A stretch of DNA of 62,632 bases, filler included, from Choristocarpus tenellus KU-1152 (Eukaryota; Protista; Phaeophyceae): assembly GCA_964200185.2 (NCBI GenBank). It is 10 parts of 10 records of this genome, joined end to end, with 100 filler letters (N's around TTAATTAATTAA, not from the genome) between each part and the next. Parts side by side here need not be neighbours in the genome. Positions count along the whole stretch, not along the records: positions 1 to 17,958 come from CAXNAD020000600.1; positions 18,059 to 22,755 come from CAXNAD020013426.1; positions 22,856 to 27,714 come from CAXNAD020012761.1; 7 more parts are not named here. One strand, written 5' to 3'. The position numbers and the translations under genes are program-made. Each line of letters opens with the position of its first letter. Position 1 is the first letter of the stretch. This document shows positions 12,870-26,300 of this stretch, piece after piece. Below the pieces are notes generated by a model that searched no databases, was not told the origin of the DNA, and worked only from the letters and a program-made list of their open reading frames with translations.

Positions 12870-13450
12870 GACTGCAACTACCGCAAGCAAGCACCCACAG
12901 TGTTGTGATTGTGCAGTAGTTCTGTGTGCTTGTAGGTTTCTGCGTATAGGAGTCACTGTGCCAGCACATCCTGCTGCAGATGTTTTGTCCATTGTTCAAC
13001 ACTTGGGTCTCTTACTACAGGAAGCATTTATGTTATGGTAAACCGTGAACATGGAGAGGAGGAAGGTGTTCCCAAGGTTTGAGCCATGCACAATGCAAAA
13101 TGGAGAGAAAAAAAAAAATGCTGTCACCCTTTCAAAGTTCAGAGTTAAGGCAACTCCAAGTTTGAACAAAGCTACTTGATGTGCGCAGCCCCCTGTACAA
13201 TTACTACAACAATTGCAGTATTATTACACTTCCAGGTTTTTTTGTAGAGATGCGTTGAAGCATTTTCTGAACACCTCGTGGCAATAACTGTGCACTTTAA
13301 ATTGTACTTGAGAGTGCTGAAACCCTCCTTCTCTAGGTCGCAGTGTACAATGGGTGTTGAGGACCTTAGACATCTATCTTGCCAATGCCACCACCTGCAA
13401 TCCAAACCAATCCTTTGAGGAAAGAAAATTAATAAAGGGGGCAATCACAT
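12870..13450. mobile_element. Possible highly decayed hAT transposase fragments
   Basis: Minus-strand SAAGCAGTVTPIRRNL resembles the hAT C-terminal FSxAG..VTxxRNRL motif. Plus-strand ..AITVHF..HLSCQCHHLQ resembles the hAT CxxH region. Both are weak and they lie in opposite orientations. Confidence 0.25.
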
Positions 13451-14138
13451 CTCAAGAGTATGCAGTTCTCCGAGCAGTGGGTGCTTTTTCAATGGTATCT
13501 ATGAGTCCAAAACATGGGCAAGCCTGCAGACTTCAAACCAGAACATGTAGGTCACTAGGACTACGGTCCAGCTGTCAAAGACATGGGGCATATTGGACAT
13601 ATTTCAGACAAAATTTGAAGATACAATAATTCTTCTTTTACAAGCGCCGTGGCAGCCAAGGAGCTTTGGTGTCACCTTATCCCTTGATTCATCCCCTTTA
13701 CGTCCACCACGGCCCACATTCTGACCCTTCTAAAGATGCTTCCTAGGTAATGATAAGATCAATACCGTAACAGCAGAATAGACGTATCACATGTACTCTT
13801 TGGATCAGATTTTTCTAACAGTAGTTACCCTTCTTCAGGAGCAACTAAAAAAACACCATCATACAGCAATTAACTTAACTCTGCAATGATGCACTATTAA
13901 CATATGCTAAATACCATCTGTAAGATTTTTAGAATCACAAAAGATGCGTATAGAGGAAAGCATAAAAATCATGGAAAAATGTGGAACTTGATTGCTGGAT
14001 TAGTAAATCCATTGATTTCATGAAAGTGCGGTTGTTTTTATTTGATATACTATCTAATTTAGAAGTAAATACTTGCCATACTCGTTACCCAGTGAACAAA
14101 AAAAATCTAGTATGCGACAAAGTCTACGGAGGGCTTGT

Positions 14139-17100
14139 TTATGACAACAGCATCTTCCATCTCATATTTGTTAATGAGAACACAACTCCCATCACAATCC
14201 CAGCACACATCCAAACCCTCGCACTTGCTACAGTATCTCCGTTCAAACGTCGTATGTCCTGGACCACCGGCTCTCGTGCCACAGCTCGCATCTGTGCAAC
14301 CAGGGAATGAAAACGGCACCATGACAAAAAAAAAAAAATGTACTGTATGGGCGTAGGTGGCGATACTCACACAATCCTCGAAGTAAGCATGGCACATGTA
14401 ATATTAAAGGCATCTACTGCTTTGGAGTAACCTGAAGCATGTTGTTGCAAAATATGTAACACTCCAGGCATTGCGTACAGTAATCTGAGTGGGGCTGGGG
14501 AGGGCTCCTGAGGTCGGTAGCTTTACCTTACTCCTCTCTTCCCGTTTTTTTTTTTTTGCCTTTTGTTTTCAGCTAACCTCACTACAACATACTCCAGCGC
14601 CCAACACACCCAGCACATGGCATCACTCATCTCAGCACCGAAAACGATAGTTCTGACATAGAAAAAGGTACGGAGTAGCAATCTCTGTAAGGTGGACACT
14701 GATCACATCATTCCACCGTAAAAGAGAGTCGTTTGCATGATTTAGGTACAGGAAAAAAGGGTCACAATGTCTGAGGCAATCAGTGGATGCCTGTAACAGT
14801 AAGGCTTCGCATATCAGGTGAGCCAGGTGCACAAGTGCAGACAGGAGGTTGGCTTTTGAGTCAGGGCTCACCTTCATTTTGGGCCTGCTCGCATCCCCAA
14901 GCTGACGCGTACACCATGCTAGCGCCTGAGCAATGGCAGTGGGAATGGCATAGTGAAAGGGTCATGGTGTTTGTAGATCATACTTCCCAAGCAATATGTC
15001 ATTACCATAGGCATCACCCATGGCCTGCCTCAGTGTCAACGATATATATGTGGGTGCAATGAAATAGAAAGTCACAACGTGGTAGTAACTGTAACCAGAT
15101 TAGAAGAGCTCTATCCTCATATTCCGCAGCAGTCTCGAGCAGACTGGTAAAGAAGGTCGATACTTGAATACCAATCAGAAGCACAACATGAGGGGGGGGA
15201 AACATAGACAGGCACATCCCCCTATCTATGGCACATACTAGCACCACTTCTAGGGAGGTGTGACCATAGCACGTTTTGTTAAATACCAATCAGTCATGGA
15301 GTTCTGGGCTTCCACTGCAACATATGTGTTGTACCACTAGTATGATTTTGACATCTTGCTACTTGTCACCATCAGGTTCCAAACACTACATTTAGGATGA
15401 GCTCTCAGGGCACAAGGGTGCCCTCAGCAGACAAGGAACAGTACATTCGACGTCACAAATGACATCAACAGAGCAAGTACAGTGAAATAAATCTAAATCG
15501 GAGGGTGATTCTGTGTGTGTGACTCCTTGGGGTACACATAATTGCAGGCAAGATGCAAGTCAAGCACATGCTTCTATGTAAGTACAAGCAGTCATACTCA
15601 CCGCCTCAGCATTGGGCTCGAAGTGGAGCAGCTCTGATGGATGTGCATACAAAATGCCATCACCATGTGCCCTCTCAAGTTGTGTCCTAAGCCCTGATGG
15701 ACAGAGTGGGAGGGCGTCATTCAACAGGGGAAGAGATGTAAGGGAGGGCAAAACAGAGATACGGTACAAGCTTTGGGTTGCTCAAAGGCTGAAGAAGTGC
15801 GCACCTCACCTTAAGTAGGGGTTCATTTCATTTGCAGTGCACTCAAGAATACCAGCCATATCATTGTCAATTTTGGAGAAGGTATCAAGTGGGTATGTGT
15901 AACCCATACCACCCTGCTTTGATTTGTGCTATTGTAATTAGTACTACTGTGCAATGTCCTCATCACGTCACAAGTTTGAGTTGCTCTGAATTGCTGGCGT
16001 AGCAAAGGGTGTGAAAGGGAAGGATTAGTTGAGTAGGGTGAAATACTGTGCACATACCTTCGTAGAAACCATTGACATCTACAGCACAGATGGGTAGGTT
16101 GCATATACCTGCAATCAGATATTTCACCATCAAAGTGAGGATGGCATGGTCAATGGTTAGATCACTGTTGATACATCTGGGTTATTTATGTGGACGAAGA
16201 TTAAGGTGGATAGGGTAGCATGTTTTAAATGCCACTGCCAAAGAGGTGCACTCCTTGGTGGCTCACAGTAGCAAGCAGTCGGAAAATCTTACTAGAAGTC
16301 ATACAGGACATTGCTTGGGCAAAGGTATAAAAAAAATGCGAAAGGTATGATGTTATCTGGGTTTTCCCTCCAAAGTGAAATCTAGAGTGGGACATCCTAC
16401 AATGAATCAGTACTGTTGTACTTTGTACCCAAGATCTCCTACACCCAGTCATAACCGCTGAATATCAGCAACTGGTTTCTCACCGATACCCTTGAGGCAC
16501 ACCATTTCAAAAAGCTCATCCCAGGTTCCAGGACCGCCTGGAAGGGCAATGATGCAGTCGGCCTCCTCGACCAGAGCCCGCTTACGTTCCTGCATCAGCA
16601 AATAAAAACGTTAATAAAGGAGGCGAGAAGCTGTCGAAATTATCGGTGTAATGCAAACCCCATTACTGAGGGAGGATGGACTTCAGCAACTTTCATGATA
16701 AAGACTGAGATTGCATCATGATGACAACATAAGCAATTCTGAGCGTGAAAGTATGAATTGACAATTCCACATGGCTTGATCAATATGCAAGTCTGAACCA
16801 TCTAACCTGCAGCCAATCTCCATCGACTACCCTCAAGTCATCAATGGTTGTATGCTCGGAATTATCCACAATCCACATGCGGTGAATAACGCCTCGTGCG
16901 ACACCGCCATGCTCATGCACTCCGTCGTTAAGGGAACCCATGCAGCCTGCCTATGTCAATGAGGAACACACAAGAGCGGGATACGATGTGTTTCTAGTAT
17001 AGATCCTGCTACGCTGATCATTTGGCCGGGCATGCACAATAGCTGCAGTCACACCAGCAAAATCTGGTCATTCAAGTACACTATCAATGCCAGGATGTAT

Positions 17101-17603
17101 ATGTGCTCATGGTCGCATTATGCAGAAGGAGGCGTATCCATCTAAACGAACCTTGCCTCCGCCATTGATAGCGAGATGACCGCAATCAGCGAGAAGATGT
17201 CCAAGTTGTCTTGCAACCAGCTTGTACTTCTCTGGAGTACGACCTGTGTGGAGGTGGATACACTTGTTACTTCGAGAGTGATCAGTGTCATTGAGAGGGA
17301 GGAGTGAACACACAGCACCTGGGCTTCCATCGACCTCCTCCAACCAATGTGTTCATCTCCAACCAGAGATAGAGAAGTTGAACGAATCCACGAATGGATA
17401 GGCCTTTTACGCAGCGTCCCTCCTAATATTAGTCGAATAGAATCTGCCCATGCCTCCACACCTTCGTGTGAGGTACAGTTTAAATCAGCTTATTCAACTG
17501 GGACAAATAAAAGCATTTATTTACCTACTACGACCCTCACGATTTCAGACAGATTACCTGAAGAGCTCCCGTAAACGCACACCTTGTATGTAGGCACCAT
17601 CAT
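14139..17603 (-). CDS. LOG: LOG family (cytokinin riboside 5'-monophosphate phosphoribohydrolase / 'lysine decarboxylase'-like) protein with C-terminal hydrophobic tail
   Basis: Exons 17603-17558, 17243-17152, 16950-16807, 16589-16484, 16108-16058, 15693-15602, 14925-14872, 14291-14139 are all phase consistent with GT-AG ends. Motifs: KVCVYGSSSG, NGGGKAGCMG, ERKRAL...IALPGGPGTWDELFE, PICAVDVNGFYE. Confidence 0.88.
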
Positions 17604-17958
17604 GTACAGATTTTTCAAACAGGGACCCTTGTGTTGCAGAGGTGAGAACATAAAAGAAATGCAAAAACAAAATCTATAAAAGATTCCATGTGTCAGGTAC
17701 AGGTTCCTTTTTGGGATCTCCGACACACACCTTATGTAGAAGACGCGCGGTCAGATACAATTGCGCGCACCAAACACGTCATTTGAGCTCATCCATACCG
17801 ACTAGTCCAAAGAAACAGTTATCTTCATGAGATCCAGATTTGACCAAACAGCCAAAATGGATCCTCAGAACGAAGAACCATTCCGATTCTGACAAATCCA
17901 TTTCTTTGCTGTGACATTGCTCAGTCATTCTGGAAACATACGTCATATTCTGAAAAAG

Positions 17959-18058
17959 NNNNNNNNNNNNNNNNNNNNNNNNNNNNNNNNNNNNNNNNNN
18001 NNTTAATTAATTAANNNNNNNNNNNNNNNNNNNNNNNNNNNNNNNNNNNNNNNNNNNN
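17959..18058. other. Artificial contig-joining linker (N44-TTAATTAATTAA-N44)
   Basis: Identical 100-nt spacer with six-frame stops recurs 9 times in the window. Confidence 0.97.
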
Positions 18059-18299
18059 CCTAGATACTTTGACATGTTCCCAGATGGAAAGGTCGTAAAG
18101 GTTCTCAGATATATTCCAATGTCTGTAAACCAAAGAAGCCCCAGCGATAAATGATGATAAGAGATCCTAAAAACGACTCCAAACAGCTCAATTCTTCTGA
18201 CCTAGAGACCCTACGTAAACACTCTTACTGATATCGAAGAACATACGTTGCCTTATGCTAATTGATTCATTGAGAGTACCCCTGTTCTGCTGAGCTGAC

Positions 18300-19330
18300 A
18301 TTCGTTAATCTGTGAATTGGAGCTACCTATCCTGTGGAGGTAAGTTTCTGGAGCGTGCCTGTAACACGGAGATCCTACCGAGACTTCCACCCTGTAACAT
18401 ACCTCCCGTTCACCGAAGTTTGTACATTCATGGATACAAATCTTCAAAACCTCTTGTCATAAAGCTTTCATTATATATAATGTTGTATAATTCTTGTGGC
18501 AATACAGTGAAAAAAGCAAGATTGCTCCAGAGGGCTAAGATAATGGTACCACTTTATCACTTCTACATCAACAGTGCTAAAATGTAGCATGACCTGTGAC
18601 CCAAGGATCTCGTTGTCATTAAGAGAGCTGCCACAAACCCCTAGATCAGAGGAGGACCACAGAGTGGGATAACAATTTGGTGGGTTTTCTTGTGTGGTAT
18701 GCTTTATGCTCATAATGCGGGTATGTCTCCAAGACCAAATTGGTGTATGGACAGGAAGATGGCAGTGATTGTGAAGATGGTATAACCACTCAGTATGACT
18801 AGTATCAACATTGAAGACACAGACCATGTATCTTCGGCCTCCTGATCAAGCTGCAGAAATCACTGCTGAGATGAGCTATTATAGAGGATTCAGAAGGTTG
18901 AAGCTGTCTCCCAAAACATAGCAGCTGGGTACTCTTTTGCCAGGACCTCAGGTGTAGTAGTATCACTTGATGAGCATGTAGATCTAATGCTCAAGGCTGA
19001 AGTGCTTGAAGTTTTGCTTTATGACTGATGGACTTGTACACCCCACCAGGTTCCTTATCTGAACTCCGTTCTCATCACCATAACTCCCTCCTCCACAGTA
19101 TAGGATTCTACAAACAGGAGCGCACTGATCATGTCCTGTCTTGCAAAGATGCTCTTGTAAAGACTAGGTGTGAGAGTATTGAGGCTACAATGCGCAAGTG
19201 GAGAATCCAATTTTCTGGGTCAGTTGCAAGCATGGACGATGGGCATCTTTCGCAGGGTGTTAGTGTTTGGAGAGCTTGTGACTGGAGAACAGAAGCAAGT
19301 TGGACTGGGGAAAGATCTTCTTCTCATTAA
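18300..19330 (+). mobile_element. Decayed non-LTR retrotransposon (RTE-like LINE), RT and 3' end
   Basis: GMLYAHNAG at ~18696 (degenerate GMLYADDAG), MLKAEVLEVLLY, and DHVLSCKDALVKTRCESIEATMRKWRIQFSGSVASMDDGHL, which resembles the RTE C-terminal ESIE...RRL.F.G.V.RM...RLP motif. Many stops. Confidence 0.72.
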
Positions 19331-19559
19331 ATATAGACTAGTGTAATCACTCGACTATTATTCAACGATACAAATAATTAGTGATGCCACCACTAAACTA
19401 TTTGTACTTCATTAATGCTCAACCATTACTAGTTTTACTTAATGGTCAATCATTCATGTAATCACCGATGGTGTGTGTCACTGGATTCTTTACTCATGGA
19501 TAATTTCTTCAGTGTTTTAGTCATATGATTCACATCCTGAAAGCGAGCAGTACGACAAT

Positions 19560-20300
19560 ACTTGAGACAGGTTCTACGCAAAGAATCGGGAGCTCTTCAA
19601 ACTTCTGTTCATCCTGTGTGAGGGTGCAGCTAAGGGTATCCTGCGTCGTCTTCCCCCCACGAATTCGTCGGCCATGTTGACCGAAGGCAACGTAACCTTC
19701 ATTCAGATTCGAAACAAGTGCAAGGCGGAGAACGAGCAGAGGGTGACTACGTTATATGACAGTCTGAAGAAATGCAAGCTGAAGGAGTTGGAGGATCTCG
19801 GCATCTTCTTCGATCGTGGGAACTGAATCAAGACACAGCTTGAGTCCATACACGAGCATTTTTCAGACTACCATGTCAAAAGCATCATACTGCATGGTCA
19901 TACCCCAGAGTACGACACAATGGTTTCTCAAACAAGGACGATAAAGAACATTACTTTGGAAAGGGTACAAGGTGTTATCCGCACCAACTATGTAAACGTA
20001 CTTTGCAAGGCTAAAATAGCCAGCAATGATGTAGCTAACCTTACCACGTGTTCTTTCAAGTAACGAAACTTTTGACCCGTCGCATAGACAGTCCAAGCCA
20101 CTTAAAACCAGGCCTAACTTTGGCAGCAAGAGATGGAGTAAAGGGAAGAGAAAAGATAAGGTCAGCAGTAAGTTCATTGCATGTAATAGGACTGGTCATG
20201 TTGCTAGAAACTGAAGGGTCGAGCAAAGAAAATGGTGCAGTTATCACAAATCTGCATCACACACTGATGCAGAATGTAGATCTCAGAAATCCTCCACACA
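19560..20300 (+). mobile_element. Decayed Ty1/Copia gag
   Basis: RVTTLYDSLKKCKLKELEDLGIFFDR..IKTQLESI (UBN2/gag-like), a broken zinc knuckle ACNRTGHVARN* and a KWCSYHKSASHTDAECR motif. Contains stops and frameshifts. Confidence 0.65.
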
Positions 20301-20989
20301 GTTCAACCAAAGTTCTCAGAAAACAACCTCAATTGGTATAATGGTATATGACATAAGGCAATAACGGTATAACAATAGACAAACATCCTTTCCACATCAC
20401 CCCCCCTTTTGATCGACCTTCAAGCCATGTAAAAAACATGATCCAAGGTCAACCAAATAGTGAGGTCTGGGTTTAAAATGGGAAACATGTATGACTGTGA
20501 AGGTGGTACCAGTAGCTTCGCCCTCTGTGGCAGTTCTGCTTTTTTTCACTGGAACGCCGCAACAGATACAACAATACATATATCAAATGAAAACTTATGA
20601 CAATACCTTTGGAAGATTTGTATCGGGAGAATATCTCCGCCGCAATTTTGAAGGTCATGATTTCAACTTGTAAAAATGAAGTGGTTAGGCTGAACTCCTT
20701 CCAGAAAACTGGTCCGGGGTATGTCGCTGCCCAAGTTTGGGTGGTGCGGCCTTCAACGAAAAAAAAACAGAAAAAAATATCATCTTTTTATCGCCTTTTG
20801 CAGACTTTTTGTGAGCACACACACACGTGACTTACACAACAACATGAAACGCGACGGTGAGGCAAGGAGAGCCGCCGAGGCCACTCTGTCCTCTGGATCT
20901 ACCCTCGGCACCTTCTCTGTCAAGAGGGACCGGAAAAACAAGTACCGTATGAAACTCAGTGCGATATTGGGTGACAAGAAAGTGCGAAT

Positions 20990-21232
20990 AGTGTGGCGCA
21001 GCAGCATGATCGAATTGCGAAATGGGTCACGCGGTCGCTGAGAGAAGATGCATTGAAAGCATTGCCACACGAACGTGGTTGGTTCTTCAACCACGTCGGA
21101 GCACTGCTCTGCAGTCTCTGCCGCCTCGGGAAAGCAGAAGAGAGCAGCGAGTCCATCACCAGGTGTGGTACAGTGATGCGGGAAAGCCTAGTCACTGTAG
21201 GCGAAGAAGGGAGAACCAGAGTGGCCGGCTGA
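20990..21232 (+). mobile_element. Possible DNA-transposon zinc-finger remnant
   Basis: GWFFNHVGALLCSLCR resembles the W......CxxC start of TTF/BED-type fingers. No further support. Confidence 0.2.
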
Positions 21233-22755
21233 AGAGAAGGTTAGGGAGGAGAGCAGAGCGACCTCATGTCATTGCGCTCAGGAAATGCCTAAGCGAAAAT
21301 CCGGGTGTAGAATATCTTAGTAGTCGACAGTTGCAGCAGCCCCCAGCTGTTTGGAAGCTATGTGGACCAGAGTGGCTTAGGAAACGAGACAGAAGGTGTT
21401 AGGGTTGGGATACAAGGGCTCTGAATCCCGAAAGAAGGCAACCCATTTCCGGCACTCAACGAGGAAATGTGATATTAAAGGCTCTAACACTGCGAATCCT
21501 GTATTTGTGTATGAATGAGAGAGTGTCAAACAGTACTCGAGACGGCAGCGGGATAGGTGATGGTCAGATTGGAAACTGTGAGTAAATGAGAAAGAGACTT
21601 CCTCACTATGGGTCACATCAAGGTGTCGGAGCAAGGGTGGGACGAGAGGCGTTTCGTTCTGGGCCACGATGAGGACATCCTTGCCGAGGTCAAAGAGTGG
21701 GTAAGCGAACACACAGGAAGAAAGGGTTGGGAGGCTTTTTTCCTGTCTAAACCCTATACTTTAATCAAGTAATAGTATATCTGTTGCCACGTTTGGTGAC
21801 CTAAAACAATCCAGGGTTCGAACCCCAATACGAGCGCTCTTTCTTCAAAAAAGAAAAAACTGGTGAAAAACAAAAACGAACGTTCGGTGGAGGGCATTGT
21901 GATGGGCATCACGACTATGCTTTTGTTTTTTAAATCCGATGTCTACATCAAAAGTTATGACGGGACAACCCCAGAGGGCAAAGCTACTGGTACCACTATA
22001 GTATACTATTGCACCATTTCATGACACGACTCCATTAATACAAAATGGAGTGTAACATATAAACGAGGCTCTTAATGAATATCTGATCAGGATAGTATTA
22101 GCCTAAGGATGATGGTGTGTGGTCAGCACACCAATCAAGCCTACGAGATCTGAGAGCGTGGGATCAACATATCAATCAGCCTAACGACGATGCTAGAGGT
22201 GTATGGGGACAGTATATTATAGATCTCTATTATCTTGTATAAAACAGAGGATACACTCAGAATGGGGAGACAGGGAGCAAACGCTACGCGGTGCCAATAA
22301 ACGGTTTGACTGGCGTTTGTGATTCGACATTGCTATACGAGTTTTATACAATGATTTGATCACCTCTCCAATGTATGAAAACACTGCGTGTTAGATGATC
22401 AATATCAACACAGCAGATGACGAGATCAAATGTCTGCACCCATTCTCCTTCCTCAATTCTGACATCGATTGGATATATCGTTGACGACGACTACAATATT
22501 CCAATTGGACAAACTTGGACGTACAATGTTGGTGGCTCAATTCTCCTGAAACGATACAAGGTGACTGTACGGCCATTACATTATGTCGGGGGAATCATGC
22601 CACTCGAAAAAATAAAATAAACATATGGATCACCTGAAGTCTCCATCTCTTACCTAGTTGTAAACTTGAATCTCTGTTTTGGGTCAAAGCATCTGGGGGG
22701 GGGTGTCATGTTAAAGTATCCCCAAAATCATCAAAGAGGATAAAGGTGATAAACC

Positions 22756-22855
22756 NNNNNNNNNNNNNNNNNNNNNNNNNNNNNNNNNNNNNNNNNNNNT
22801 TAATTAATTAANNNNNNNNNNNNNNNNNNNNNNNNNNNNNNNNNNNNNNNNNNNN
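22756..22855. other. Artificial contig-joining linker
   Basis: N44-TTAATTAATTAA-N44. Confidence 0.97.
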
Positions 22856-22908
22856 GGTCAGCAATCTGGTACGGTGGAAAGGTCACAGAGAAAAGAAAGA
22901 AAGAAAAG

Positions 22909-22966
<58 letters not shown>

Positions 22967-23315
22967 AGGAAGGGGCAACAGGGTGCGCGCGCTCAACTGG
23001 GAATGAAATGTCTCAACATACACCACTTGTTATTTGACGTATTTCATCAAAGGAAAACAGGCAAGAAAGAGAGGGGACATGCCATGCGTGTGGCTCTCAG
23101 CCATTCCTATCCGCAAATGTGAGGGAGGGACAGAGAGGTGACATTTTCCGCCCGCCCTGCCAGCACAAAGGACAACAGAGACTCAGCAGCATCCGCACAA
23201 CAAGCACAACAGCAGTCAGTATCTCACAGCACAAGAGCTCTAAGAGATAACACCTACCAACGCCTCCATAGAAACGAAATCCGCAAAAAAAAATCCGCCG
23301 CAGCACCCCTCTCAC

Positions 23316-26300
23316 CTCCTTGGCCTCGAAGGCCTGGTCAAGCTCCATCCTGGGCAGGGTGCTCCGAACAACGTCGAAGACATAGGATTGGATCTGGGCT
23401 TGCGGATCTGTAAGCCGATAGTATGCGTCGTACACCTTTGCAACAGAGGATAACACAAACACAAACACAAACACACAAACACACAACACACAACACACAA
23501 CACACAAACACACACAGACAGACACAAAAAAAAAAATCAATGCAATAGCATCGAATGTGGGGCAAAGTGTTCATAGTAGGGGTCGTGAGACAAAATGCAA
23601 ACGTAAATCTACCGCTTTTAATGCAAATCTACCGCTTGTAATGCAAATCTACTGTTATTAATGCACTCCCAAGAGAAGCAGCCAATAGATAGATTATCCG
23701 TCCCCTGCACGCCATGCAAGGCGGTGAAATACCTTGTACTCAGTGGGAGATGCCATGCGCGCGCGCGCGCGTGTGTGTGTGTGTTACACAAACTGGAGTT
23801 AATGCAACAACTCAAGTTCCAGTAAGAACACCGCCTTCGTGCGAATCATCTCGAAGAACTGTGACTGAGGGTCCAAACCATCCGGTGTCCCATTGTATGT
23901 ATAAATAAAGATCAGTTCCATAAAAATAAAAAAAACACAGCAGCTCGAAGCCATTCGGACGTTGCCAAGTGCGAGAGAGTTAAAAGCTGTAGCGGTAGTA
24001 CCTTCCGGAATGACAGCGTGGTGAGGATTGGTCCATTCGGTAGGGGGTGCGTGAAGAACGGATTTTAAATTTTTAATTTTAAAGTAGGGAGCATGCATGG
24101 GTGCATGCATGCATGCATGCATGCATGTTTTTTGTTTTTTTTAATTTTAGGAAGAAGTGTATCGTTCCGGAACTGTAGCGGAACCGTTAGAGTGAGTCAA
24201 AGCAAGCCCCTAGGAATATTTTTTAAAAAATTCGAGGATATTGAAAACTGTACATATTTATATGAATATATATATATATATATATACATGGGTACCAGAT
24301 GAAGGAATGGTTACCGCCAAGAGGGTGCTGCTTCCTACTCAACCAGAAGGAATAAAATGGATAACCGTGGGTGTATCACTACAGCTAGGAATGAAAGGAT
24401 ACAATATTGACCTAGATTATTTCAGCATGAATTATATCCCACACATTGGCAACAGCACGGAAGACAAGCGGAGAAGGAAGGGGCTTGCTTCACTCACCAA
24501 AACTGAATTAAGATCAAGAAGGAGTGGCGATGGTATTCTTCCCAAACAAAAAAATGCTGGGACAAGTTCCACAAACCATCCAACGTGTTATCATGCCATG
24601 CCGTAACATTGTTTTGCCCCCATTTTACTTTCTGAGGATGAACGTTGTGTGGGAGGGATTGACATCCGTGGAGAAAAAAACAAACAACGTATGATTCCTG
24701 CTATGCAGAGGAATTAAAATATAAAATTTTAATTTTAATTAAATATGCCTCCTTTTAAAAAGCAGGTTGAAAAGAAAAATTGCCTTAGAAAAGTGAGAAA
24801 ATCAAGAAGCAACACCAGCTCGACACGTATATGTAACCAAGGGGATAACGTAACCCCAAAAATGGAACATCTTAGTGAGAGAGGTATTCGGACGCCCTGT
24901 GCGACACACCCTCTCAAGTAAGCTGTAGCTGTGATAATGAAGAGAAAGACCTGGCATTCATGGATTGGATGGGAGCGTCAACAGACTGACCTGCTCCATC
25001 ACTTCACAAAAAAAATGAAAATTTCAGTCTAGGGAAACTTCAAGTCAAATCTGCAGGGTTAGGTTGGGAGCAACATGCCAACTGTCACAACTATCAAAAC
25101 ACACCAGAAGATGAAAACAGCAACAACAAGAACTGGTGTCTACAAGGAAGCAGAATTATGGGTGCGATGGTGTCAAATTGGAGTCAGCTTCGAGAGGCCT
25201 CCGTGGGAGATAAGGAAAATTGAACCACCTTGGTTGGCGTATGATGTGTGCATCATCCCATAGTTCAATCTTCAATCTCAAAGTTTCACCCAGGTTGTGC
25301 TCGACCCTCTTCAAGTCCCTACTCACTGGCATCAATAGCATAATGTATGAAAGGACTGAGGGACAGGTACGGTACGTCCATTAAGGAGCTATCTCCAGCT
25401 TGAAAAGGAAAGTCCATGGTGCCAAGAAGAGGCTCTAAGTTGAGATGACGGAAAAATGTACTTTGTGTGCAACCAAGAGGAACCTCCTCCACACAACTTG
25501 CCCTCAGAGGCATCAGTTTCGAATTTGGGCTTCTGTTCTGTTTTGATCATTCAAATGTCCTCTATATTACTTATCAGGGGAATGGAGCTCTAAGAGAATA
25601 TGTTCAAATAAAAAAATGACAAGGAGAGGCTGGATGTACCTTACAGAGTAATTGCATAACAGGAAACAATATACGAATCGCAACAAAATGTGTTACTAAT
25701 GTAGGGTTTTGCTACCAGACAATAGCCTGTAAAATCAACCGGCATAACATAGCTCACTCCCACTTGAGCCTCAGAAGAGGTTTGGTGTAGACTCATGAGC
25801 CGAACTAAACAATATCCACCCCAAACCAAGTTGGCAAGGTCAAAAAGAGAAAGGACAAAGAAAAAAATCCACACGAAGTGAAAAAGTCAATGTTTGACAT
25901 CAAGAGCTGGGTGACAACAGCGTGTTCTTGGTTTGGTGTAACTCAACCCAAGGCTCACCTTCTCTCGGATCGCCTGGTACTGCACCGAAACTACAGCTGT
26001 CACAAACACATTGTCCTTTGTCTTTGTGATATAGGTTCGGGCCATGGATGATGCGGTTTGAAGAATGAAACCCATGGCATGAGGTTGATAGGAAGTAAGA
26101 GCGTGCAGCAACAGGTAGGAAGGGGGTTATCCACAGATACTTTTGACTGCATAGAATCAACTGCTGATTACTACTCAATTGACCATAAAAACTGCTGTGA
26201 CATGTGTGTTTTCCTCGAGCTACAATACAACCTAAAGAAGCGCTTTTGATTCGCAAAACCATCTAAAATTTTAAAGCGAACCTGAAGAAGATCAATGTGA

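Noticed and set aside
21790-21840. GGTTCGAACCCC B-box, tRNA-like
   Set aside because: No cloverleaf, acceptor stem or A-box could be built. At best a SINE scrap.
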